DNA of 63,856 bases, the filler included, from Octopus bimaculoides (lineage: Eukaryota): the NCBI RefSeq assembly GCF_001194135.2. It is 8 parts of 8 records of this genome, joined end to end, with 100 filler letters (N's around TTAATTAATTAA, not from the genome) between each part and the next. Parts side by side here need not be neighbours in the genome. Positions count along the whole stretch, not along the records: positions 1 to 31,225 come from NC_068984.1; 7 more parts are not named here. One strand, 5' to 3'. This document shows, piece by piece, positions 1 through 12,679 of this stretch; position 1 is the stretch's first letter; every line of letters begins with the position of its first letter. The notes beneath the pieces were generated by a model. The model ran no database searches. It saw only the letters and a program-made list of their open reading frames with translations, and had not been told where the DNA came from. The translations under genes and the position numbers were made by a program.

Positions 1-2520
1 TATATGTATGTATGTATGTATGTATGTACATATGTATGTATGTATGCATGTATGTATGTGAGACAATAGTTTCAGCATTGATAGTGAAAATATTAAACTG
101 AAAGTATCTCACATTACAATACAGACATGTTATTGTTTCACTTTTGACATATAATACTGAAATAGTGTAAGAGATAAGAGATTGCTCTGGGCTCGCATTA
201 GGCAAAAAGTTGAAAGCTTTTTCGGCCTATGACACTGCATGAGCCCTAAGTGAAGCATGTGTAAAATTTGAATGAAATCGGTTGTGTAGTTCTCGAGTTT
301 TAGGGATTGTCACAGATAGACAGACAGACACATTCTCATCTTTATATATATAAATGAAAAAATGTATTGTAAATAAACAAACGACAGGTAAAATCGTATA
401 ACGTATATTGCGTGTACAACCGGACGGGAGACAGACACAGAAGGTCCCTAATTCGGCAGTTATCAACCGGATGGTATTACTCAGTTTCGCACCATTAATG
501 ATAAAACTGAAAACATCTCATGCTAGCGGTGCCCGCAAAAGTTGCGGAGAATATAGGGCCAAGAGCAAAGAAAACAGTACAGAGTGGACATACGAAAGTG
601 AATAAATGTAATTTAAGACGATGGACAAAAACGAAATAAATAAGAAACGAGCAAAATATAGCCTCAGGGCCAAAAAGACAAGAATGGTGGGTAACTCTTA
701 GAAGGCATCCTAAAGGATTAGAAAACAACAAATAGCAAGACTGTGGGACACAGAGAATTTAGGGCCGGTCAACTACGCAACTGATGTGAAAATGGGAGAG
801 AAAGAAAGGCTGGATACGGGTCACTTGTCAGCAGCTGGCAGAGGAGAAACTGAACAATGACATACACACATATATACATTCGCAAACATATACACAATGG
901 TCTGAGGACTTAATTTATGAACTTATGACTGAACATATTTATATATTTTAAACTATGCTTTAATGCAAAAAAGAAGGATAAATTCAAGAAACTAGTTGCT
1001 AATGGATCTGGTACAATAATACCTTTTGTTGCTATGAAGGAGAGAACGTCGCAAATAGAATCGATAGATATAGCAAGACAGACAACACTATCATGTTCTT
1101 GTTTTTTGCACCACTTCTGATAATGACACTCATTCATTTATATGGCAGAAAATTAAAAGAGACCAATAGATGACTGCTTGGTCCATTAATAGCTACAAAG
1201 AGCAAACGCGAACTCCCTTAATGCAATTCTCTTAAGGATAGTGACATACTTTCGTTTAATTAAAAATGTGACGACGTGTTATAAATATATTTTGAATCAA
1301 AATTCATATCGCCGTAAGGCAAAACATTCGTATTCACGCGTGACAATAAGTAGGCGTAGGTAATCAATGTTGGATTTTGATTTGCAAATATGAAAAATCA
1401 GAGATAAAAGATTCTGACCTCAGGCAATTTCATGACATACCTATTTAATTACGTGTCACGCTGGTTGGAAAGCACTTCTCTATGTGGTCACTCGTCCTGC
1501 TAGAAATAGTAGCTATATATCTCTCAAATAGCATACTACCGCTCAAAAAAAAAGGGGGGAAGAGTACATAGGATAATGTAGTTCAAGATGCACTGTGTCC
1601 GCAAAAAAAAAAAAAATGGTATTATCAGGGATGGAACGCCTCTGATCTTAGATTTGTGCAGTCAGGTCTAACCCATACAACAACAAACCACTCCTACCAC
1701 TGCTACAACAAATCTGTCCATAAACAAAAAAACTAAAAACGTATAGAATAAAAATAGCAAATCTCACAAAATTGGAACAAAAAAGAAAAATACTCTCTTT
1801 CTATGAGAAATATATTTGACACGATGTAGCATGTGATGAAGCTTTCAAAGAAAATTATAGATCTTTCTGAATTGGCCGCAACATAGAAGTTAGCAGAGCA
1901 TAGGAGATGTCTAAACGTTGTCAGAGAGTGACCAAAGCTGTGTGCACTAAACGGGCCTTAACCCAACACCGATAAAGTGTACAAATACCAGTACAAACAT
2001 CAACAACACTAATAACAAATACTCAAGTAAAATACACTACACGAAGGTAAAATAGCAATGACATCAATAACAGTAACATGAATAATACAGACAGAAACGC
2101 TGTTCTTAACTTGCTTCCCAAACTTATAAGTTCACGCAGAATGCATACAAAACAAATGTTCTATACACAAAAATAAACTTTGTAAACATGATGCAAGGTA
2201 TTAAAAAAAATTACAATACAATATTAACGGCCTTAAAATCACATTTATAGAATTATAGAAAATGATCGTCACATATACTTCAAGAAACATTCTTACTCAG
2301 AATTCACAAATATGACAAAACAGACACTTTTAGAAAGGGTTAGACAATGCATATAAAAATCATTTAATATATTAGATACCCCAAATGACATTCATAAACT
2401 AATGGGAATTGAAAATACACAAAAAATGCAGGTTTTAAAATTGTAAAAAGAAAAACAAAAAAATGATGTTGCACCACGAAAAATATAATACAGCATGCAC
2501 GTAAACGAAATCCAAGAACA

Positions 2521-2593
2521 AGCCTCTAGTGAGAATCGAACTCACGACCACTGGTTTACAAGACCAGTGCTCTAACCACTGAGCTACGGAGGC
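2521..2593 (-). tRNA. tRNA-Thr(UGU)
   Basis: Minus strand GCCTCCGTAGCTCAGTGGTTAGAGCACTGGTCTTGTAAACCAGTGGTCGTGAGTTCGATTCTCACTAGAGGCT (73 nt). Perfect D stem GCTC/GAGC, anticodon stem CTGGT/ACCAG with TGT, T stem GTGAG/CTCAC with TTCGATT loop. One C6-A67 acceptor mismatch. T5 run about 38 nt downstream (2479-2483). Confidence 0.92.
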
Positions 2594-2984
2594 AACAAAT
2601 GTCCGCTCCCAAAGAAGAGCATATATTGATAAACTTGTGGAAAATACTGGCTATGAAGATGAAGATATGAAGACTTATGGAAGATCGAGACATCTTGCAC
2701 GGAAGCGTTGCATTGGTCCGGGGGGAGTCGCCCGACTGTATAGTATACATGTATGTATGTATGTATGTATGTATGTATGTATGTATGTATGTATGTATGT
2801 ATGTATGCATGTATGTATGTAGGTATAAAAATATAACATAGATGTAACTGCTCTTTCGGAATCTCGTTTGGAAGGTGACGGTCAGCTTGAGGAGATTGGA
2901 AGCTGGTGTTGGCTTTGCAGTTCGATATGAAATCCTCAAGAAGTCGCTGTAAATGACCGTTTGACGACGATGGGCGATTTGCTA

Positions 2985-4555
2985 CTTTGATAATTACTTA
3001 CGCTCCTACTCTGACCAGTTATGATGAAGATAAAACAACTTTCTATGTCCAGTTGAGAGCTGTACTCAGGAAAATACCTCGGGTAGGAACAGAGAGGCAA
3101 ACATTGAACATTCTTGGGCGTTTCAATGTAAGGAAGACGAAAAGTGATAATCTCATAATTCTAGAGCTTTGCGATAATAAGGTCTTTACATTGTAAGCAT
3201 TCACTTTATGTAGAAAGGTGATCACGCAACAATATGGATGCATTCGAGGTCTAAGATATGGTACTTACTAGATTATGTTATCATCCGCAAGCATGATATC
3301 TGTGAAATCTGTAATGTCAAGTCCTTTTATGGATCGGAGTGATGGATAGACCACTGCTTGATGCGAGTAAAGTTCCGGATGGTAATCAGAGTGAAGGAGA
3401 GAAGAGGGCCAGCTCGAATTCCTCAGCACCTGAATGCTCGTAAAGATAAATGATCCTACTGTGAGGAAAGAGAATCGCTTATCCAGCATCGAAGATATTA
3501 CAGCTCGGGAGGAGTTTCGAGAGCAGATCTTTCAATGCGCTACTGAAATACCGAAATATGCTACAACCAATCAGAGGGATTGGTATGATAAAAATGATGC
3601 TGATGTTTAGAGACTTGTGCAGTGAATTACTGCACAGGGGGCTATTAGTTGTGCGGCAAAATCTAGCATTTACCCACTATAAGAATACAAAATCTCTACT
3701 GCAGCAATCACTCAAAAAGATGCAGAACACCTGGTGGGAAGGTCTTGCTCGTGATATTCAAGCTGCCGTTGATGCAAATAACAGCAAGGAGCTCTACCAT
3801 CTTATGAAGCAAGCTCATGGGTCTAAGAGTTCTGCATCGGCACCTTAGCTTTCCAGGGAAGGCGCTGCCTTTACTTACTAAACTGTGAGTCAGTTGTAGA
3901 TGACACTGTAATTGATACTATCCAACAAAGACCTGCCATCAACTCCCTGCATTCTGCACCCTAAGTAGACGAGGTAGTAACAGCAATAAGTAAGTTGAAT
4001 CTTAGTAAAGCACCTTTTAAAGACGGAATTTGCGCTGAGCTCTTGTACTTTGGCGGTGGTCATATCACACAGAAGCTTCACCAGCTTATTAGTATTATCT
4101 GGAAGTATGGTGTTGTCCCCATGGATTGGAAGGATGCAATTATCCTTCCTCTTTATAAGGGAAGGGGAATCTGAATAAAGTATGACAACCATAGCGGTAT
4201 AGGCCTACTGTTAGCTACTTGCAAGGTTCTGGTAAATGTCTTTTCTCACCTGAATTAAAGACCTTGCAAACGACGTCCTATCTGATTCTCAATGCGTCTT
4301 CCGTTCTAGTAGAGAAACAATGGATATGATGTTCATAGCAAGACAGATGCAGAAGTGCTTGAGTAGAATATGGATCTTGTCCAGGTTTCCATTGCATTAA
4401 CCAAAGCTCAATTCTGTGAATAGGGCTTCCCTGTAGAAAATACTCGACGAACTTGGTTGTCCGGGTCACTTTATATCGATAATTAAATCGTTTAACGATG
4501 GGAATGGTGTCAAACAAGGTGATATCCTCGCCCTTACTCTCTTTTCCCTGTAATT
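2985..4555 (+). mobile_element. Degenerate RTE-clade LINE ORF (APE endonuclease + N-terminal half of RT)
   Basis: Frame-shifted motifs YAPTL..DEDKTTFYVQL, ILGRFNV, HSRSKIWYLLDYVI, WWEGLARDIQAAVDANNSKELY, KAPFKDGICAEL, WKDAIILPLYKG, GVKQGDILA. Many stops and indels. Confidence 0.88.
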
Positions 4556-4804
4556 GCTGCTACTATCACTCACGATTTTGCTGTGGTTCGCTTCTCTGGG
4601 ATATACGTGAGCTGCTTGAAAACGCAGCGTCACTGTAGTGAATGGGGTAAGTTTCGTCTGCAGTATCTACGCATATGTATTCCTACCAACAGCTGGGCTT
4701 AATTGTCACCTGCGGAGTCGCAAATGCAAAGTATAATTTTCTCTGAATGCAATGTGTTCTTAGTGGTTTGAGATGGTCTTTCTCGGTCCAGAGTGGATAG
4801 CCAT

Positions 4805-4849
<45 letters not shown>

Positions 4850-5050
4850 ACACACACGCACACACGCACATNNNNNNNNNNNNNNNNNNNNNNNNNNNNN
4901 NNNNNNNNNNNNNNNNNNNNNNNNNNNNNNNNNNNNNNNNNNNNNNNNNNNNNNNNNNNNNNNNNNNNNNNNNNNNNNNNNNNNNNNNNNNNNNNNNNNN
5001 NNNNNNNNNNNNNNNNNNNNNNNNNNNNNNNNNNNNNNNNNNNNNNNNNN

Positions 5051-5106
<56 letters not shown>

Positions 5107-5574
5107 ACACACACGCACACACGCACATATTTATATACGCAATTTAATATTGTCTGGGTAACAACATTATAGCGTGCTTTGAAAAGCTCCTCCATGGACA
5201 TCGGCTACCATATGCTAGCATACAACTGGAATTCTCCTTTCACTGGACATACATATGGAAATCTGTTAATATCCGCATTATTCATACGAAAACATTGTAA
5301 TACAAGAAGATGGAATGAACAGGCTTTAATTCAGCTCACTACAATTATTTGTGCATTAGTATCAGCTGGTATTTGCTGAGTGCTTCACGTATTATACACA
5401 TTCTTGCATTAATATTGGTTCCAAATTCTGGCACAAGGCCAGCAGTTTCGGGATTACATCGAACCCAGTGGTCAACTGGTACTTATTTTATCGACGTCAA
5501 GAGGATGAAAAGCAAAGTGGACCTCGGCGATATTTGAACTCACATTCTTGCATTAATATTAATGCATATTAATA

Positions 5575-5788
5575 TGGTGGTAAGCTGGTAGAATCGTTAG
5601 CACGCCAGACAAGAGGCTTAGTGGCATTTTGTCCGTCTTTATGTTCTGAGTTCAGATTCCGCCGAGGACGACTTTACCTTAGTCGTTCAGGGTCGATAAA
5701 ATAAGTACCAGTAGAGCACTGGGGTCGACGTAATCGACTTATCCCTTCCCCCGAACTTGCTGGCCTTGTGTCGAAATTTGAAACCAAC
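5575..5788 (+). mobile_element. tRNA-derived SINE family A, near full-length copy
   Basis: A-box-like agctggtagaatcgtt, B-box-like gagttcagattcc, central gcctttcatcctttcggggtcgataaaataagtacc-type block, GTCGA-N5-TCGAC hairpin. About 25 copies or fragments in this window. Confidence 0.8.
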
Positions 5789-5989
5789 ATTAATGCATAT
5801 TAATGCAAGAATGTTTATGATATGTGAAACACTCAGCAATTGCCAGCTGGTACTAATGTACAGAAACAATTGTAGTGATTTTGATTAAAATCTATTCGTT
5901 TTATCTTCTTGTATTATAATTTTTTACACATGCGTGCGCGCGCACACACACGCACACACGCACGCACAAACACACATACATACACACAC

Positions 5990-6710
5990 TTCACCACGGA
6001 TACCACCAACTCTCATAGTTACAAACCCAACTTTAATACTTCAGCAATTTTACAAACAACATATACCATCACTGGAAGAGATTTTAATGTACGTAACAAC
6101 TTTTTGGGTTTCAAATTGTACATATAATAAAAGAGATAGCATAACAGCATCACAATCAAGCCCCCTTCACATTCTAAACTCTTCAAACCAACACACGCAC
6201 AAACCTTGCCAAGCCAACGAACGAACGAACGAACGAACGAACGAACGAACCAGCCAACCAACAACTTTTGCTCAAACATCATATTCTACTTCATACACTT
6301 AACCACCATATCTACATGATAATTATCTAGCTTTCTGGGGACCATCTACCAATTATTAAAATAACACTCACGTGCATCAATAAAGAATGTAAAAATATAT
6401 TTACAACCTTAAAAAGTAAACAAAAATAAACAAAACATGCACAATGGAACAAAATATTTTGAAGTATTCAACACCACAAAATCACCATGGACACTATAGT
6501 ACATACATTCAACAAAATAATTACAAACGCACCCGAAATACATCGCATAAGCAAACATTTGAAATACAACCCCAATTACATCCAGAAATAACCAGCCTTA
6601 TAAAAATTAGACGCCTTAGAGACAACCGCAAACATGATACACCAAAGCCACACAAACACAACCGAAATAAACTTAGCATCAAACAGAGAAATAAAATAAA
6701 ATAAATAAAT
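5990..6710 (+). mobile_element. Highly decayed APE-type LINE fragment (end of endonuclease + linker)
   Basis: ITGRDFNV (GDFN-like), GDHLPII (SDH-like) and HPEITSLIKIRRLR...RNKL linker-like segment, interrupted by a (CGAA)n tract. Confidence 0.45.
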
Positions 6711-7559
6711 TGAAGGAGAGAAAAAATGGAAAGAAAGGAAACCAGGAAATATATCTAAGAAATGAATCACATTTACTGTAAGATATTATATAGAGTAATT
6801 GCCACAACCACCATTACCACCACCAACTTATCACAAGACACTACATTGAATAATTACAACCACAATCATCGCCTCCACCACCACCACCACCGACAAAAAT
6901 TACATAATACTCCACATTACAGTAACAACTACAAATAATACAAAGCAACAAAGTTCAACTTTTTTTTTCTGCTACAGACAGAGGAAGTACGGTTTCCTAC
7001 CAAACCGAAATAAGCAAATAGGCAGGTGTGCATCGGACCTTTACAGCTGAGTGCATACTCCGACCTTACATCTGAAAAGAAAAAGGGGAAAAAAAAAACG
7101 AATGAACCCCCACCCCACAAAGTAAAAAAAAAACATGGAGATTGCAATGCTTGACCTTGACCAATGGAGGTAATGTTTTAAACGTCAGCTAATGCTAAAA
7201 GTGGCTGATACTTCCTCTTTCGTTAGAAATAACGCTCCTGTGTGCCTAGCGAGAGACAGAGATATGTAATTATCTTTTCTTTCCCGTTTCTTGATAAAGT
7301 GGTTCGGGAGAATAGCATTTTTCTTTTTTTTACGAAAATTGCCCAAAATTATTTCATTCTGAAAGTTCGCCCATGTTTATTTATTTATTTATTTATTTAT
7401 TTATCTATTTATTTATTTATTGCATTAGAAATTATAATATAGACTGAGATGTTTGTCTTTACATTTGATACAGACCGTGCGTATTTGTGCTCGCATGACT
7501 TTTACCTTCCAATTTCTCAGCTCAAGACACAAAGAATAATAATGATAATTATTATTATT

Positions 7560-7779
7560 ATTTCAAATTTTTTGCCACAAGGGCAGCTTGGGAGAGGTGG
7601 TGCTGAATCGTTTACATCGACCCCTGTATTTAATTGGTACTTATTTTATCGACCCTGAAAGGATGAAAGGTAAAGTCGACCCCGGCGAAATTTGAACTCA
7701 GAACGTAGCGATGGGCGAAATACCGCCAAGCATTTCATCCAGCAAGCTAATGATTCTGCCAGCTTGCCGCCTTAATATG

Positions 7780-7831
<52 letters not shown>

Positions 7832-8022
7832 CAACAATAATAATCCTTTCTACAGTCGATTACATCGACCCTAGTACTCAACTGGTAGTTAAGTTATCGA
7901 CCCTGAAAGGTTGAAAGGCAAAGTCGACCTCGGCGGAATTTGAACTAAGAACGTAACAACGGGCGAAATACCACGTAAGCATTTCGTCCAGCGTGCTAAC
8001 GATTCTGCCAGCTCGCCGCCTT
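7560..8022 (-). mobile_element. Two tandem family A SINE copies separated by (AAT)n
   Basis: 7560-7775 and 7848-8022 both match the family A consensus on minus. Confidence 0.8.
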
Positions 8023-8534
8023 AATATAATAATAATAATAATAATGATGGACTCACCCGTCAAAGATGACGTATGAGCTTTCATCTTTTGTCGAACGACC
8101 TGCACAAACGATTTGTTTATAGTGATGAAATGTATGTGCTATGCATTAGCTCACTTCCGCCATCAAATCGGCGTTGCCTGAACAAGTGCACGCGTCAGGT
8201 GTCGAAGTGATCGCAGAGCAATGCGAGATGAAGTGTTTTGCTCAAGAACACAACTCACCATCGGTCTAGGAATTGAAACCACGATCTCGCGATCGTAAGT
8301 GCAACACCCAAACCGCTAGGTTATGGTTTCAAATTTTGGTATAAGGACAAGTTCGGGGGAGGAGACAAGTCAATGATATTGACCCCAGTGATCAACTGGT
8401 ACTGATTTTATCGATCCAGAAATTATGAAAGGCAAAGCTGACCTCGGCGGAGATTGAACTCAGAACGTAAAGACAGAGGAAATGCCACTAAGAATTTTGT
8501 TCAGCATGCTAACAATTCTGCCAAGTTTCCGCCT

Positions 8535-8835
8535 GAAGCAAAATACAACAAGTAACTGCAGAATATGTGGTGATAGGGAAGAAATAATAAATCATGTTGT
8601 TTCTGGCTGCCCAGTCCTGGCTAAGAAGCAATATATCCACAGACATAACAGAGTTGGGACCTATATACAATGGAAGCTATGTTAACACTATGGAATGACA
8701 AGAAAAAAAAAAAGATGGAAAATGACAAAGCAACCAAACTCTGGGATATACCAATACACACGGATAGAAAAATCAAGGCTAACAGACCGGATATAGTTGT
8801 CAGAGATATTCGAGAAAAAATACCATCTAACCGAT
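8535..8835 (+). mobile_element. RLE-type non-LTR retrotransposon (R4/Dong/NeSL-like) C-terminal fragment
   Basis: CRICG..EEIINHVVSGC (CCHC knuckle), YIHRHNRV, WKLC, then LWDIPIHTDRKIKANRPDIVV (PD motif of the restriction-like endonuclease). Confidence 0.85.
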
Positions 8836-8842
8836 GTATCCA

Positions 8843-9014
8843 CCTGCGAGGTCATGCACTGTTTATCTTGATATGAGATCACCATGTGGTGCAAATATGG
8901 TTGTGATGCATGTGCCTAGTGTACCCATATCAGATGGGTAGTCATGATGGGTATAATGAGCTTCGTATATTTTACCCCAGTGTCACTTTGATGGCATGTA
9001 CTGCTCTCTCACTC

Positions 9015-9016
<2 letters not shown>
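8843..9016 (+). mobile_element. 3' part of dispersed repeat family D, ending ctctctcactc-(AAT)n
   Basis: Similar to 9403-9577 and 53795-53925; joined directly to the RLE-LINE fragment. Confidence 0.75.
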
Positions 9017-9043
<27 letters not shown>

Positions 9044-9045
<2 letters not shown>

Positions 9046-9576
9046 CCCCGATCCAGTACTAGGCAGTGGCTTTCATGGTTTCTCATCTTAACTGATTGAA
9101 AGTGTTATCATGTACATTGTTCATCTTGGCAAATATTCTGCTCAATACCACAGATTTGCTTATCAGTTGTTTGACCTTAACCAATTGAGCATGTCCATTA
9201 GTGGTTGACAATATGTGCATCGCTGATCACGAGCAGAAGTAGTGGGGGAGCATCATAGCCATGTGTTGAAAGGAATTCCTTGTGGTTTGGATAATTCGCC
9301 CCTGGAAACATGGGTGTTTCGTCAGCATCCTTAAAAAACCGTTATTCAAGAATCTTTTGAGCGGGATGGGCTACTCAACCTGAAGAAAATTCTAACTGGG
9401 TTCCACCTGTAAGGTCATGCGCTGTTAATCTGGATATGAGATCACCTGTCGCGCACATATGGTTGTAATGCATGTGCCTGACGTACCCTTATGAGACGGG
9501 TAGTCATGATGGGTATATTGGGCTTCGTATATTTCACCCCAGTGTTTCTTTGATGGCATACATTTCTCTCTCACTC

Positions 9577-9577
<1 letters not shown>
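9044..9577 (+). mobile_element. Longest copy of dispersed repeat family D, bracketed by (AAT)n
   Basis: 5' about 300 bp matches 38400-38710; 3' about 170 bp matches 8843-9016 and 53795-53925. Confidence 0.75.
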
Positions 9578-9632
<55 letters not shown>

Positions 9633-9673
9633 TGATGATGATGATGATATTGATGATAATGATGATGATGATG

Positions 9674-9734
<61 letters not shown>

Positions 9735-9744
9735 TAATAATCAT

Positions 9745-10272
9745 TTCTACTATAAGCAAAAGGCCTGGACTTTGTGAGAAGGACAGTCGATCACATCGAC
9801 CCCAGTGTTCAACTAGTACTTGATTTATCGACCCCGAAAGGGTGAAAGGCAAAGTCAGCTTCAGCGGAATTTGAACTCAGAACATAAAGAACCGGAATAA
9901 ATACCGCTTGGCATTTCGTCCAACATGCTAATAATAATGGTTTCAAATTTCGACAGAAGGTCAGCAGTTTGGGGGTAGAGGGCCAAGTCGATTACATCGA
10001 CCCTAGTGCTCAACTGGTACTTATCGATGCCGTCGAGAGGTAGGCCCCGAAACGGCGCGCATTCTCTCCTGATGACCCAATACACTTACTGGCTTCGGTA
10101 TGGGGAGTTCTCGACTGGTAGTACTTGCATGTGCGAGTTGTTTGCAAGACATCGATTCCGAATGGATGAAAAGCAAAATCAACCTCTGTGGAATTTGAAC
10201 TCAGAAGGTAGAGACGGACGAAATGCCGCGAAGCTCTTCGCCGGGCGTGCTAACGATTCTGCCAGCTCGTTG
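9745..10272 (-). mobile_element. Two family A SINE copies; the second is interrupted by a 122-bp insert
   Basis: 9745-9925 and 9940-10272 match family A; insert at 10029-10150. Confidence 0.75.
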
Positions 10273-11299
10273 CTTGCGGCGTGCTAATAATAATAATATC
10301 AACTAGCAATAACCACACCATGGACTGGAACTCACAATATATAGGGCCATAACTAAATGCCATATCTATTTCTATATAAGGAACGCTACTTTATCGTGGA
10401 GAGGCTTTTTCATTGGCTCATAAAGGCCCTTACGTTTGAAATACCTTTGATCATTGATCTGCTCGATTAGTGTTACAACAACAATAACAACAACCAAAAT
10501 CGTCCCGATAGGAAATAAATGATTAGCTGGAGTCGTTCAGGCAGAAAATATCATCCAGTGAAAATATAGATTATTGATTTCTAGTACTGACATAAGCCGT
10601 TAATCCGGTGTTCTTCTGATCTTACAATCGATCATCGTCGGTGTATAAAATTATTGATTTATAATGTTGGGTCGCATCAACTATTTCGGTTGGGAGAAGT
10701 GTAGTCGATAAAACCGACTCCTCAATACTAGAATGGTACTTATTTTATTGACCCTCCCACAATATGAAATCGGAACTTTGAAAAAGAAGTAATCACACAC
10801 CTAACAATGTGTTTTACCCGACACCCCTACTGATACTACCATACAACCCACGTAAGGTCGAAGAACGTCATATAAATATCTCACATTTAGATCTAAGTAT
10901 AATTTAAACAATTTCAGTATTTGACTGGTACTTTATTTTTATCGATCCTTAAAGGATAAAAAGCAAGGTCAACTTCGGTAGGATTTGAACCTATAGCGCG
11001 AAGAACCAGAATGAAAATAAGTACCAGTTGTAATCGACTTCCCACATCCACAAACTTGCTGGCCTTCCTCCAAAATTTGGAACAATCATCATTATTATTA
11101 TTATTCGACTTTTGATAGTTTCAGGAAAATTCCTGCTGCATCGCCTGCATTTGTGTAAGGGTCTGTTTTCATTATTTTGCTTCTTTAGTTGTTTGTGGTT
11201 AGGCGTTGATCTTACGCAGCGAGAATCAGTCCTTCCGTTTCTGCTTTTAGTCCAGGGCTTTTGAGTCATTGTTAGCTTTTACTTAGGCGCACTTCTTTG

Positions 11300-12160
11300 T
11301 TAAGCCTTGCAGGGTATGGACCATGGAGTGATTTTTCTCTCCGTTTCTTCTTTGTAGGTTTGTAGTTCTGTTTACATGTTTTTCTTTGTTTGTTTCCTTG
11401 ACCATTTCTGCGGTGCTGTCATCTGAGATCAGTGTATCAGTATAGTTTGTTTTTGTTTTTCATTTTGTCGCCTCCTTGGGTATAGAGAAAAGCGTTTTCT
11501 TTTTTTATGTTGCTTTATTGCACGTAGTAGTAGTCTACTTTTTTGTTTCTAATATTTTTTTCTGGCCAAACTGTTGTTATTTTATAGTAGTTCTCCATCA
11601 GTGTCAGGCCGCAACCCGCTTCTGAGTGGGGTAGATATTTTCTATCTTTATCTGATTTGGGGTGGTGACTTCAGTATGCTGTGAATAGTTAACTGATTTT
11701 TTCTAAGTTTTTCAATTCACTGATCTTCCAGTTTATTATGTTGAAGCTGTAGTTTATGACTGGTATGGCTAGTGTGTTTATCCCTATTATCTTATTTTTA
11801 GCATTGAGTTAAGTGCTTAATATTAGTCTAACTTCTGTAATATTCTCTCCTAATTTTTTCTTTCATTTCCGGCTGTGGTATTTTAGCTACTTCTTCTATT
11901 CCTAGATATTTATAAGGGTGACTGTGGTCTAATTTACTGATTTCGGTGTCTATGTCGAGTGCAGTGTTTTCAGTACTGATTAATTTGCCGTATCACAATA
12001 TCCTGTTGGCACAGCTATCTAATCTCATACTCATTCTGATGTCCTTGCTGAAACTGTAAACAATGTTTAGAAGATTTTTCTGTTCAGTAGTATTTTTAGT
12101 GAAAATTTTAAGATTATCCATGTATGAGATATAATTTATAGATTTTTCATAGCATCTGTA
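11300..12160 (-). mobile_element. RLE-type LINE, degenerate C-terminal RT/thumb region
   Basis: Minus-strand translation INYISYMDNLKIF, FSKDIRM, YKYLGI, EKIRREYYR, LNAKNKIIGINTLAIPVINYSFNIINW, HHPKSDKDRKYLP; homologous to the plus-strand relic at 52600-53790. Confidence 0.8.
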
Positions 12161-12257
<97 letters not shown>

Positions 12258-12614
12258 GCAACAGATTAGACTGTTGGAAAAGAAAAGAATCCTAACATCG
12301 GGCGACAAGACGTTGCCTTAGATGCCAAGAACCCCACTAAGTATCCTAGCTGTTCCGAATAACATTGTTTTCTGCAGCTTTACTAAACTGGATTTTATGA
12401 CTATTTCTTCTATCCATCTGTTCAGATCTTCAGGGATATTTCCCAATGCATCTATAACTACTGGGATACATTTTACCCGCACTTTCCATAGTCTCCGTAA
12501 TCCAAAAGCTAAATCCTGGTATTTTGCTATTTTTTCTATACTTCTCATATTAATGTTTTCATCATTTGGGACTGTAAAGTCAATTATCTGGGTAATATTC
12601 TCTTTATCTACTAT

Positions 12615-12679
<65 letters not shown>

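Noticed and set aside
10045-10110. GAAAC ... CTGATGA as a type II or III hammerhead
   Set aside because: No compatible stems I and III, and no GAAA after the hairpin that follows CTGATGA; kept only as an unexplained structured insert.
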